DNA of 64,000 nt from Candidatus Heimdallarchaeota archaeon (lineage in GTDB: Archaea > Asgardarchaeota > Heimdallarchaeia > Heimdallarchaeales > Heimdallarchaeaceae). The stretch's first letter is position 1; every line of letters begins with the position of its first letter. Shown piece by piece: positions 29,068 through 38,216 of the stretch. The DNA lies in the NCBI GenBank assembly GCA_030668825.1, contig DAOVET010000003.1, positions 1 to 64,000 on the forward strand, given 5' to 3'. A model generated the notes under the pieces. The model worked only from the letters and a program-made list of their open reading frames with translations. It had not been told where the DNA came from and did no database searches. Position numbers and translations under genes: made by a program.

Positions 29068-29242
29068 ATACTTGCCTCTGAATTAATGTTGTTATAATCC
29101 TTTTATTTGTTTCTCTGTCTATTAAGTTATTAGATTATAGTTAATAAACTCTATCAAAGTGTCCAATTAAAAAAGAAGATAATATCTCGAAAATATTGTC
29201 CTTTTATGTGAACAACAATACATTTTTCCATAAACAACTGTT

Positions 29243-29893
29243 TCACTGCTTTTTAGCTTCCAGTATTGCTTTGACTCGTTTTAATCTCGAAAATGTTTCT
29301 CTTTCTTGTTCTTCAAGAGTACTCGCAATAAATTTTGCTGTTGCATGTAATTTTGGAATTAAAATATAGTTCAGAGCATTAACTCTTCTCTTAGTTTTAT
29401 TAATCTCAATAGCTAGTTTTTCAAGTAAAGTCATCTTCTCGGCTATAATCATCAGTGTTTTCAATGACTTGCGAAAATAAACTATTGACCTATCTAGTTG
29501 TGCACTCGAACTAGTTAGACCATAAAACACATCTTCTCCTTCCCTCTGAATCTCATTAACAATAAACCTAGGAGATCTAACACCCATGATACTAACAGTT
29601 TGGGGGGTGATTTCTAAAACAGCGGGTGCATATTGAGCAAGATCTCTAATTTTGTCTGGACCTACAATCATCTCAGCTTTAGCAAGAGATTGATACGCAA
29701 TTCTTAGTTCCTCTTCTACTTGTTTTCTTGCTTCTCTCACTTCATCTTTGATGGCATATAATTCAATAACTAGTGCGTCCATCTTCTCCTTGAGAAGATC
29801 ATGCCCCTTTTGAGCAAGCTTAATTCGAGATCTTGTATTAAGAAGCTCCATTCTTGTTGCACTAATTGTACCAAATTCTGGTGTTGCCATCAA
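29243..29893 (-). CDS. atpD: A/V-type ATP synthase subunit D
   Basis: ATRMELL, GHDLLKEKMDAL, EINKTKRRVNAL..ILIP, LEEQERE.F.RLK. Confidence 0.96.
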   Translation of the reverse strand: MMATPEFGTISATRMELLNTRSRIKLAQKGHDLLKEKMDALVIELYAIKDEVREARKQVEEELRIAYQSLAKAEMIVGPDKIRDLAQYAPAVLEITPQTVSIMGVRSPRFIVNEIQREGEDVFYGLTSSSAQLDRSIVYFRKSLKTLMIIAEKMTLLEKLAIEINKTKRRVNALNYILIPKLHATAKFIASTLEEQERETFSRLKRVKAILEAKKQ

Positions 29894-30051
29894 CGGAAAG
29901 AATACCAGTTAAGTTAAATAGTTTTTGTTCTGTAGACGGCCTCTAGATTTGCCTGTAAGTGCAGTTATTAGCATAATCATAACTATGTTAAGAATGGAAA
30001 GATATTTTACTCGATACTATTTCCATTATTAAAAGACAGATGTGACACTGA

Positions 30052-30654
30052 ATGACATTAGACATCTACGATAGAATAAAGGATACCGATGAGCTAGTTT
30101 TTCCAGGAACCTGTTTAGCAGTTACAGAGGAATTTATAGGTGGGCAAGGTACATATTCAGAAGGCAACCATATCTATGCTGCAGTAGCAGGAAAAGTTAA
30201 CATAAATATTGAAAAACATGAAATATCAGTTATGCCTAAAGTAAAAACTGCCATTGTCCCTAAAAACGGTGACATAGTAATTGGTGGAGTTGTAAATGCT
30301 TCTCGTCAAATGATAACTGTATCTGTAAATTATGTCAATAACAAGGAAGTTTATCCAACTTATACAATGGTTATCCATGTTTCTCAAATCTCAAGAGAAT
30401 ATTTGGATACAGTAGATGAAGCAGTGCGTTTGGCTGATATTGTTAGGGCCAAAGTAATTGATGATAAGACCATTCCCTTGCAAGGATCTTTAATAGGTTC
30501 ACAACTTGGAGTTATATTAACCGGTTGTTCAAGATGTGGGGGGAAATTGGAGAAAATAGGGAGAGACAAATTGAAATGTTCTGAATGCGCTTATTTTGAA
30601 AAAAGAACAACCACTATTGATTATGGAAGTGGAAAATTAGCATTCAAAACATAA
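30052..30654 (+). CDS. csl4: Exosome RNA-binding subunit Csl4
   Basis: VFPG..L...EEF..G.GTY, S1 domain (HVSQ, DIVRAKVI), LGVI...C..C...C..C..E.R. Confidence 0.93.
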   Translation: MTLDIYDRIKDTDELVFPGTCLAVTEEFIGGQGTYSEGNHIYAAVAGKVNINIEKHEISVMPKVKTAIVPKNGDIVIGGVVNASRQMITVSVNYVNNKEVYPTYTMVIHVSQISREYLDTVDEAVRLADIVRAKVIDDKTIPLQGSLIGSQLGVILTGCSRCGGKLEKIGRDKLKCSECAYFEKRTTTIDYGSGKLAFKT

Positions 30655-30673
30655 ACTAACTTTCATTACTGGG

Positions 30674-31375
30674 TTGGTGATTAGTTTGGCAAAAACAACC
30701 AAGAAAGAGATATATGTTAATATTGTAAGAAAAGATTTGTTAGAATATTTCCTGGAATTGCTCTCGGATTCCTTACGTTATGTGGAGTTTGTTTTTACAC
30801 ATAGAAAAGGAAAATCCAAAATTTCTTTGTTTGGAGAAAGGGTGACTGTAAATCAGTCTGCTATTAAAGTTAAAATTCTTGCGAAAATGTTTAATCAATC
30901 TGCAGTTCTCAATACTGATGGTTATTATGTTCATAATCTGAAACTTATACAACAAATTGGATCAAAAATCATCTCTTTACAAAGTATAAGTACCGTCTTA
31001 TCTCATTTGGAAATCCCTTCATCAGTAAAAGATCAAAATTTGATTACAAAAGCAACTATGCAAGAAGTACAGAAGATTTTGTCGTCAATGCATGAATTAA
31101 TTCAAGAAACTCCTTTAAATGTTAGAACACAGATAATGAAAAGAATTTTGGCTACAGTTAGTTACTGTACAGAACTTTTCCCCTCTTATGTTCTTGATAA
31201 AGGATTAGAAATGGAATATTTCAAGAAGCAGAAAAACACTATCTCAATAAACTATAATCCTGAAAAATGTATTACAGAACTAATAAAAAAATTGTCTGGA
31301 GATTCTGCACAAACTGAGTATCTGGAATCTAGAGACAAAGATGCAGAGATAGAGAAGATTTTATTTAGAGAATAA
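30674..31375 (+). CDS. DUF2067-like conserved archaeal protein
   Basis: Position between csl4 and rpoL and size are typical; sequence support is weak. Confidence 0.55.
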   Translation: MVISLAKTTKKEIYVNIVRKDLLEYFLELLSDSLRYVEFVFTHRKGKSKISLFGERVTVNQSAIKVKILAKMFNQSAVLNTDGYYVHNLKLIQQIGSKIISLQSISTVLSHLEIPSSVKDQNLITKATMQEVQKILSSMHELIQETPLNVRTQIMKRILATVSYCTELFPSYVLDKGLEMEYFKKQKNTISINYNPEKCITELIKKLSGDSAQTEYLESRDKDAEIEKILFRE

Positions 31376-31437
31376 AAACAGTCTAGACTGGCAAAATATT
31401 TAAATCAAGTATTAAAATAAACTTCAGAGGCAATGAA

Positions 31438-31722
31438 ATGCTGATTAACATTCTAAAAAAAGAACAGGGTTACATAAAATTTAATGTCAAAGCTACAGAC
31501 CCCCACACTTTATTCAATATCTTACGTGAAGAACTACTAAAAGATACAGAAGTGGATTTTGCTGGTTACTGGCGCGATGAATCTTTCTATGAATCACTCA
31601 TTTTTCAAGTAAAAATGAAGAAGAAAGCTGCGGATCCTGTTGTTTCTATAAATTCTGCATTAGGCAGATTGGAAAAACAATCGAAGGAATTTGTCGATTT
31701 ATGCAAAGCAAAAATTGAGTAA
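31438..31722 (+). CDS. rpoL: RNA polymerase subunit Rpo11 (RpoL)
   Basis: HTLFNILREELLKD.EVDFAGY. Confidence 0.9.
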   Translation: MLINILKKEQGYIKFNVKATDPHTLFNILREELLKDTEVDFAGYWRDESFYESLIFQVKMKKKAADPVVSINSALGRLEKQSKEFVDLCKAKIE

Positions 31723-31734
31723 GGAGGTAGTCTT

Positions 31735-32154
31735 TTGGACTCACCCTTCGAATTTACTCCAGATTTAAATGAACTTCTTTTGAATAAAAAACTTGCTAAA
31801 TTCGGAGATTCTATTGTGAATTTCATTTACAATGCGGCTGTATACAATGCTACTAAAGAATTGAAAGGGATAAAAGTTTGGGATCAATGTCTTGCAAAAG
31901 CATGCAGAGATTCTCCTTTAAGAAAGTATGTGGGCTCAAGGAAAAATGCGGGGGATTTGGGTGATGCCGTTGAAGCATTTATTGCCTTTATTTATCTAAG
32001 AAATCCAATCAACATTACTGAAATGATTTCAATTTTAACAAAAAGCATTACAATAAACAAGCATTTGCTAAAACTTAATGAAAGAGAATTATGTTCCAAA
32101 GCTTTTACAGTTTTACTAGATGAATTATGTAAAAATCTTGGAATAAGTAAATAA
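31735..32154 (+). CDS. Archaeal minimal ribonuclease III-like protein
   Basis: LAKFGDSIVNFIY, G.KV.D..LA.A, GDAVEA. Confidence 0.85.
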   Translation: MDSPFEFTPDLNELLLNKKLAKFGDSIVNFIYNAAVYNATKELKGIKVWDQCLAKACRDSPLRKYVGSRKNAGDLGDAVEAFIAFIYLRNPINITEMISILTKSITINKHLLKLNERELCSKAFTVLLDELCKNLGISK

Positions 32155-32164
32155 TTTGCTTTTT

Positions 32165-32746
32165 TCATAAAAGATAATCTTTGAAACTCTGCCCTATTAT
32201 GTCTGCTAATCTGAGGCTTTCAGGAACACAACTTGAGTAGGTTGTGATTTGAAGCAGATTTTTCACTTCATCAATATTTCTGAACCCTAGATATTGTACA
32301 TATATTTTGCACTCTCTTCCACTTTGATTTACGAATTCAACCTTCTCTAGATTTGGGTTAGACATTAGAATTTCTAGACGCTTTTCCCAATCAGGAAGAT
32401 GAGATAGTGCTTTCTTAACTTCTGCATCATTAGGCGGGTTGTGTAAAATTGATATTGTTGGTATGGCTGTTTTTTGGAAGATATCTCTCATGTTAATAAC
32501 ATTGAATGCAGCAATAGTTGCACTTCCTAAAACTATAGCTTTCACCTGATTTAGGAACTTGCTTTCCTTTATCATAGTGACTATTCTATCTGTCGCATCC
32601 AAACCATCAACTGTTATTTCTGTTCTTAAAACACCCTCAATTAGATTATTTCCTCTTACAACAACACCAAAAACAAAGCATTTCAAGGACTTTTCTCTAC
32701 TAAAAGCCGCATCATCAATACCTATTGTTCTAATATTTCTCTTCAC
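32165..32746 (-). CDS. DUF99 family (endonuclease dU / EndoV-like)
   Basis: IGIDDA.F, ITVDGLDAT, IAAFNVI, VPESLRLA. Confidence 0.92.
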   Translation of the reverse strand: MKRNIRTIGIDDAAFSREKSLKCFVFGVVVRGNNLIEGVLRTEITVDGLDATDRIVTMIKESKFLNQVKAIVLGSATIAAFNVINMRDIFQKTAIPTISILHNPPNDAEVKKALSHLPDWEKRLEILMSNPNLEKVEFVNQSGRECKIYVQYLGFRNIDEVKNLLQITTYSSCVPESLRLADIIGQSFKDYLL

Positions 32747-32844
32747 AGCTTACTTTCTAGTGTTATTTATTTAAGTAACTATCTAATTTCTGTGTTAGGA
32801 AAGTAACTTTTTAAATAAAGGGTATAGAGAGATTACTGGTTTAT

Positions 32845-33642
32845 ATGAGTAGAAGAAACCTCCCAGAATATGGTGATTTAGTAATTGGTACAGTTAAGAG
32901 CATTTTCGATCATGGAGTATATGTTGATCTTGATGAGTACGACGATTTACAAGCATATTGCCATGTTTCTGAAGTTAGTTCCACTTGGGTGAGGAACATT
33001 CGAAATGTTATGAGGTTGGGCAAGAAGGTTGTAGGAAGGGTTATGCGAGTCAAAGAAAATCAGATTGACATCAGCATAAAAAGAGTTTCTGATGGATTAA
33101 AAAGAAAGAAAGTTGAAGAAACTAAAAGATATAAAACCGCTCTAACTCTTCTGGAGATGAGTGCTAAAATAAGGAAGATAAGCTTCGAAACAGCTCGAGC
33201 TGAAGTTGAAGATTTATGCACTGAATATTATGGGAGCTTCTACCAAGCCTTTGAAGAATCATTATTCAGCGGAGAGAGCATTTTTACTGATGCAAATGTA
33301 TCTGAAGAGTGGGCTCAAGTGCTAACTGATATGGCAAAAACGAATTTAACCATACCCAAAGTGGAGATTTCCAGAGATATTGAGATAATTTGTTGGGAAG
33401 GTAATGGAGTTAATTCGATTAGAGATGCTCTTAAAAAAGCAAGTAAATCTAGAGAAGAGATTGACGCAGGAGAAGAAGAGCTCAATATGAACATATATGT
33501 AAGAGGCGCACCCATGTATAGATTCGTTATCTCAGCAAGAGATTACGAGTTAGCAGAAGAGTTAATGTCTAAAGTAGTCTCTACAATTGAGGATTCCTTG
33601 TCTACAGTCAAAGCTTCTGTTAAGGTTGTTGAATCAAAGTAA
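32845..33642 (+). CDS. eif2a: Translation initiation factor 2 subunit alpha
   Basis: LPEYGDLVIGTV, LDEY, HVSEVS..WVRNIR, IDISIKRV, GAPMYR. Confidence 0.96.
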   Translation: MSRRNLPEYGDLVIGTVKSIFDHGVYVDLDEYDDLQAYCHVSEVSSTWVRNIRNVMRLGKKVVGRVMRVKENQIDISIKRVSDGLKRKKVEETKRYKTALTLLEMSAKIRKISFETARAEVEDLCTEYYGSFYQAFEESLFSGESIFTDANVSEEWAQVLTDMAKTNLTIPKVEISRDIEIICWEGNGVNSIRDALKKASKSREEIDAGEEELNMNIYVRGAPMYRFVISARDYELAEELMSKVVSTIEDSLSTVKASVKVVESK

Positions 33643-33653
33643 GGGAGATTTTA

Positions 33654-33830
33654 ATGACCAAATCTATCTTTTTCTGTGCTAAATGCAAAACCTATACCCT
33701 GAATGATAAAACATGTCCAAATTGTGAAGGTAGAGTTGTTTCTCCTCAACCTGCTCGTTTTTCTATAGAGAAAGAAAAAAAATATTCAATTTATAGAAGA
33801 AAATTGCTAAAAGAAGAAATAAAAAAATAG
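33654..33830 (+). CDS. nop10: H/ACA RNP protein Nop10 (not in ORF track)
   Basis: Hand translation MTKSIFFCAKCKTYTLNDKTCPNCEGRVVSPQPARFSIEKEKKYSIYRRKLLKEEIKK; canonical position after aIF2-alpha. Confidence 0.92.
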   Translation: MTKSIFFCAKCKTYTLNDKTCPNCEGRVVSPQPARFSIEKEKKYSIYRRKLLKEEIKK

Positions 33831-33837
33831 TTTTTTG

Positions 33838-34437
33838 TTATTTACATTGTAATATTGCTACCTCTATAATATGCTGTCTTTTTGTGTGAAAACTGTAAAT
33901 TTTAGGTATTTCAAACTCTGCTTTTATTATTTCTTTCACTTCTTTGTTGTGATTTTTCACGAAACTCTTCAGGAAAATGATATTTCTTTCTTGATGAAGA
34001 TGAATAGAATAAGATATCATAGAAGCTTTTAGAGCTGAAAGTAAAAACTCTTGATCTTTAATCTCTCCTTGAACACCAAAGGGACTATTCATAAAAACTG
34101 TATCAAACTTTCGCTCAGTAGTTCTTACATCTTCTTCGAAGAATTCTACATCTACTTCCAATTTAGCAGCATTTTGTTTTGCAATTTCTAAAGCTTCTTT
34201 ATCAATTTCTAATCCAATAACCTTTTTTGCACCTAGTTGTTTAGCACCTATTCCAAACATTCCTGTTCCGCAACAAAAGTCTCCTATAACTTTATTTTCA
34301 ATATGTCCTAGTTGATAAGCTCTCCAGAGAATCATTGCTGCTATACGTGGTGGGGTTTGATATTGCTCCAGTTTTACATTAGGTTTCTGAAACGTTTGAA
34401 CTTGTGAGAGTAGCATTTCAATGTCCTTTTGTCTCAC
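33838..34437 (-). CDS. METTL5-family methyltransferase
   Basis: P.VKLEQYQTP..IAA, DFCCGTG, MNSPFG, YSIH. Confidence 0.92.
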   Translation of the reverse strand: MRQKDIEMLLSQVQTFQKPNVKLEQYQTPPRIAAMILWRAYQLGHIENKVIGDFCCGTGMFGIGAKQLGAKKVIGLEIDKEALEIAKQNAAKLEVDVEFFEEDVRTTERKFDTVFMNSPFGVQGEIKDQEFLLSALKASMISYSIHLHQERNIIFLKSFVKNHNKEVKEIIKAEFEIPKIYSFHTKRQHIIEVAILQCK

Positions 34438-35195
34438 CTCTTCTCTCCCCCCCCTGATTTCTTCAACTGATGAAGAATGGTTTTGAAAATGCCAATTAAT
34501 GAGTGAATCTCTTCACTAGTCGGGAAGCTTCTATTAACAACAGTTGTAAAACTGTGAAAAGCGATAGGTTTTCTGTACTCTTCGTACGGTAGGAAATCAA
34601 TTAAATCTTCAACTAAGTCAAATAAGATTTTTCTTTCTATACTAGTTGAAATCCTCTCTTCTGAAATCCTTTTTTCAGTTTGTGATAATTCCTTCCATAT
34701 TTCATATAATATAATTGCAACAGCTTGGGAAATATTCAAAACTCTATGATCCCCAGGTATAGGAATATTTACTAAAATATCACACAATCGTAATTCCTCG
34801 TTAGATAACCCCCTATCTTCTCTTCCAAAAACTATACCCATATTTCCTTGAGATACGTTTTGAATCTCACTTAAGTTCCAAGGAAAAGAAGGTTGTCTAT
34901 ATACATTGTAGTTCAATCCTGCCTTAGCAGAAGTTCCTATTAAAAGTGAATAATTTTCCTTTATTTCTTTTATAGAATTGACCACTTCAGCTTCCTCTAA
35001 GTATTTTATTGAGTGCTTAGCCCTCTTTCTAGCTTCCCCATCAAGATGATTAACTTGAGGTGCAACTAAAACTAATCTATTAATTGCAAAGTTGTTACAC
35101 AATCTAGCAATTGCACCAATATTCCCCCCAATTTTGGGTTCTACCAAGATAACATCTTGCTTAATATTTGTTTCATAATATGTCATTTCTTTCAC
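34434..35195 (-). CDS. trmJ: TrmJ-family SPOUT tRNA methyltransferase
   Basis: ILVEP...NIGAIAR...NF, VFGREDRGLSNEEL, LNISQAV. Confidence 0.92.
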   Translation of the reverse strand: MKEMTYYETNIKQDVILVEPKIGGNIGAIARLCNNFAINRLVLVAPQVNHLDGEARKRAKHSIKYLEEAEVVNSIKEIKENYSLLIGTSAKAGLNYNVYRQPSFPWNLSEIQNVSQGNMGIVFGREDRGLSNEELRLCDILVNIPIPGDHRVLNISQAVAIILYEIWKELSQTEKRISEERISTSIERKILFDLVEDLIDFLPYEEYRKPIAFHSFTTVVNRSFPTSEEIHSLIGIFKTILHQLKKSGGGEKR

Positions 35196-35808
35196 AAAAA
35201 TTGATTTTTACTAAATATAGTTTCTCAAAGAATAAGCTTAACTCACTTATAATCTCTAATTCTAATCCCTCTTTCTTTAATTCTTGAATATTGTCTTCAT
35301 GCCAGCTTAGAGATGAGAATATAGTATAAAAACTGGCATTAACCTTGTTTTTTCGTAAAGAATCCAACATCTCATACGTCTCTTCATAGCCTTTTTTCCC
35401 CCCCACTAACATAAGCCTGTTTAATGATGAAAGGTTTCCACTTTCTTCATTATCTGGTAGATAGGGCGGATTCCAGATAATGATTTCAGAGTCGAGATAA
35501 TGAACTGCCTCAAGCTTATCCATACAAACAATGTCAACTTGATTCTGAATACTGTTTAACTGTAAATTGTACTTAATTGCTTTAGTGGCACTAAAGGAAA
35601 TATCTGATATTAGAAACTGAATATGGGGATTTCTTTTGGCAAGAACAATAGATATAATCCCTGAACCGCTACCTATTTCCACTATTTTCTCTATGTTGTT
35701 TGATATTTCTATTGCATCTATTAGAAAAAAAGTATCTTCCGATGGAAAATAGACGTCATCATCTAATTCTAGTTCTATTTCATATTTGGGGAAATCATAT
35801 TTAACCAA
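35173..35808 (-). CDS. HemK2/MTQ2-family release-factor glutamine methyltransferase
   Basis: VYFPSEDTF, EIGSGSG, NPPYLP, GG..G, LFFEKL. Confidence 0.9.
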   Translation of the reverse strand: MVKYDFPKYEIELELDDDVYFPSEDTFFLIDAIEISNNIEKIVEIGSGSGIISIVLAKRNPHIQFLISDISFSATKAIKYNLQLNSIQNQVDIVCMDKLEAVHYLDSEIIIWNPPYLPDNEESGNLSSLNRLMLVGGKKGYEETYEMLDSLRKNKVNASFYTIFSSLSWHEDNIQELKKEGLELEIISELSLFFEKLYLVKINFCERNDIL

Positions 35809-36659
35809 AGTTCCTCGCCTATCCTTTCTTTCATGTGACCATATAGTTGCAGAAGTTCTTCAATTGACATTGTAAAAACCCGTCTATCCATAAATTGAAG
35901 CGTTTCCAAAACTTTCCTCTCAACCAATATATTTTCCTTTTCCTTTCTCTTCATTATATTGAACAAAATACTTCTAATTGTCTTTTTCTTGTTTGTAAAA
36001 AGCATTCTTACAAATGCAGAAAAATCTTCGTTATCATCTAAATGAACTTCATCTTTTTTTGTAATAGCTACTATTGAAGAATATATCTTGGGTTGTGGAT
36101 AGAATGAAGTTGGTTTAACAGTCTTAAGATTCCTACAAATAGCCTTTAAATTAATCATCACTGACAGTCTTGAATAATTCTTGGTTCCAGGTTTGGCAAA
36201 AAACCTTTGTGCAAACTCCCTTTGATACATGAGAATTGCTAAATCAAAAGAATATTCTAGAAGCTTAAATGTTATGGGAGAAGATATTTGATAGGGTAGA
36301 TTGGAGACACATTTAGTAAATCTTGGGAACTCTGTTTTAACAGCATCCCCTTGAATTATTTCTACATTTGAAAAATCTTGTAGAAAATTAGTTAATAATG
36401 AGATCATTCGTTTATCATGTTCTATAATAATCAGTTTTTTAGCTTTGATAGCAATACATTTTGATAGGTTCCCTATTCCTCCTCCAATTTCAAGAACAAT
36501 ATCCTTGGGTTGTATACTTGCTTGGTTTATTTGGTAGTTGATAATGTTGGAATCTATTAAAAAATTCTGCCCCCTATGTCTGGAAGGGGCGATATTCAAC
36601 TCTCCTAAACTATTTAAAACATGTTTTCTTAATTCAAAAGATGAAGTCCAGCAATCCAT
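35775..36659 (-). CDS. rsmA: 16S rRNA m6,2A dimethyltransferase KsgA/Dim1
   Basis: GQNFLID, LEIGGG.G, NLPYQISS, MYQREFA.R, YSRLSV. Confidence 0.95.
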   Translation of the reverse strand: MDCWTSSFELRKHVLNSLGELNIAPSRHRGQNFLIDSNIINYQINQASIQPKDIVLEIGGGIGNLSKCIAIKAKKLIIIEHDKRMISLLTNFLQDFSNVEIIQGDAVKTEFPRFTKCVSNLPYQISSPITFKLLEYSFDLAILMYQREFAQRFFAKPGTKNYSRLSVMINLKAICRNLKTVKPTSFYPQPKIYSSIVAITKKDEVHLDDNEDFSAFVRMLFTNKKKTIRSILFNIMKRKEKENILVERKVLETLQFMDRRVFTMSIEELLQLYGHMKERIGEELWLNMISPNMK

Positions 36660-36679
36660 TATTCAAACCATTTTTGGTG

Positions 36680-37345
36680 TTACCTTCTTTGTCTAGAATC
36701 TGGGGTTGCTGTAAATAATCTATGTTTCTCATCTTCTTCTAATTCTTGCATAATTCTATTGAGAATCATTTTTCTTATATCCGAGATTTTTACTCTCTCT
36801 TCTATATCGCTAAAGGAGACGAAAGGCATGCTTTTTCTTGATTGTAATATCTCCCACATCAGCTTCTTTCCAATGCCAGGTATTAATTGTAGAGAGTGAA
36901 TACGGTTGGTTATAGGTTGAGCTTTATTGAAAAAGGAAACAAATCTTTTTTCGTTTTTGTTTATTATATTAATTACAGCCTCTTCCAATGAACTATGTCC
37001 TGTGTTTGTTAAATCATTTACAGTAATTCTTCGTTTGATTTGTCTAATTGGAGTTTTTTCACTGATTTTTGGTAGAGGTAGCTCTGTGAATAGAGGATAA
37101 CTGCTCCTTTTTTCAACAACAATATCGAGTAAACTAAACCATGTTGTACCAATACCCTGAATTGTAGGTTCCCTTTGTTTGGTTTGTCCAAAACCCTTAC
37201 CTTCTGGTAAATAGTCGAGAACTAGAATTCGTGATTCATCTTTCTTTGTATGTTTTACACGAGTAACGGGACCAATAATGAAATCATCACTTTCTGTTGA
37301 TTTCTCAGGACGTTTGTTTGATCTGGAATGTTGATTGTTTACCAT
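36680..37345 (-). CDS. DUF655-family RNA-binding protein
   Basis: VLDYLP.G, FFNKAQPIT.R.HSL.LIPGIGKK, PF.SF.DI. Confidence 0.92.
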   Translation of the reverse strand: MVNNQHSRSNKRPEKSTESDDFIIGPVTRVKHTKKDESRILVLDYLPEGKGFGQTKQREPTIQGIGTTWFSLLDIVVEKRSSYPLFTELPLPKISEKTPIRQIKRRITVNDLTNTGHSSLEEAVINIINKNEKRFVSFFNKAQPITNRIHSLQLIPGIGKKLMWEILQSRKSMPFVSFSDIEERVKISDIRKMILNRIMQELEEDEKHRLFTATPDSRQRR

Positions 37346-37419
37346 GATACTCTCACCATAAATAAGTACGAATACAAAAAAAGTTTTTGCTTTCTTGGTA
37401 TTAATCCTATATTGAAGTT

Positions 37420-37773
37420 TTATGCCGATTTGGGTTCTCTATCGATAAATGGCTTAATAATATTAAAGATTTCTTTGATATCAGAATCTGTTAGCATTTG
37501 TGGTTCTTTTGAGAGCAAATCCTTCAGTTCTTCTAAAGATGGGGGAAGTATATTAGCAATAGAATATGCTGAGAGTTCAGATAATTTATATTTTTTAATT
37601 AATTTCTCAACTATTTCTCTAGATTCTTCAGGTTCAATTCTAGCATTTTGCATAGCATGTTCAAATGCAACTCTTTGCCAGTAGGAAAGTTCGGATTCTT
37701 CACTTCTTTCCTGTAAAATACGCATAGCTTCAGAAATTGTTAATGGTTTTTTATCGAGACCCTCTCTAGGCAT
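37420..37773 (-). CDS. rpoF: RNA polymerase subunit Rpo4 (RpoF)
   Basis: LTISEA..IL, LSY.Q, IANILP...EEL; canonical eL21-rpoF-DUF655-ksgA order. Confidence 0.92.
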   Translation of the reverse strand: MPREGLDKKPLTISEAMRILQERSEESELSYWQRVAFEHAMQNARIEPEESREIVEKLIKKYKLSELSAYSIANILPPSLEELKDLLSKEPQMLTDSDIKEIFNIIKPFIDREPKSA

Positions 37774-37785
37774 AAACTCACTTCA

Positions 37786-38097
37786 CTAATTTTCTACTTG
37801 AATTACAGAACGACTTAAGCGTAAATGTTCCTTTACGGCAATAATCTGCTTTGTAGCTCTTCCTTGTTTTATTGAAACAATGAAAGCTTTACCTTGCTTC
37901 TTTGTGATTTCTCCTGTTTTACCATGATATCTTCTGTGAGGCATTCCTCTATGTTCACCTGAATCAATAATAATGTCCACTATATCACCTTCGTTGAAAT
38001 CACGCAATAGATAATCTAAAGGTCGAATACCTTTATCTCTTGTATGCTTCTTCATGAGATGTCTTGTTCTAGCACGATAACCTTTGGATTTACGCAT
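37786..38097 (-). CDS. rpl21e: 50S ribosomal protein eL21
   Basis: SKGYRARTR, GMPHRRYHGKTG, EHL. Confidence 0.97.
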   Translation of the reverse strand: MRKSKGYRARTRHLMKKHTRDKGIRPLDYLLRDFNEGDIVDIIIDSGEHRGMPHRRYHGKTGEITKKQGKAFIVSIKQGRATKQIIAVKEHLRLSRSVIQVEN

Positions 38098-38216
38098 ACT
38101 TTACACCTTTATGTTTAATTTATACAAGTGAGCAAAGTCCCTCGATGTAACTTTTAATCTTTTCGTTATCTGTTCTGGTGATTGTAAAACTAGCCTTCAA
38201 AACTACTACTTCTATT

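Noticed and set aside
32845-33642. Ser at the eIF2-alpha Ser51-equivalent position (SEVS)
   Set aside because: Also seen in other archaeal aIF2-alpha proteins; the eukaryotic RRR context is absent and no kinase is nearby.
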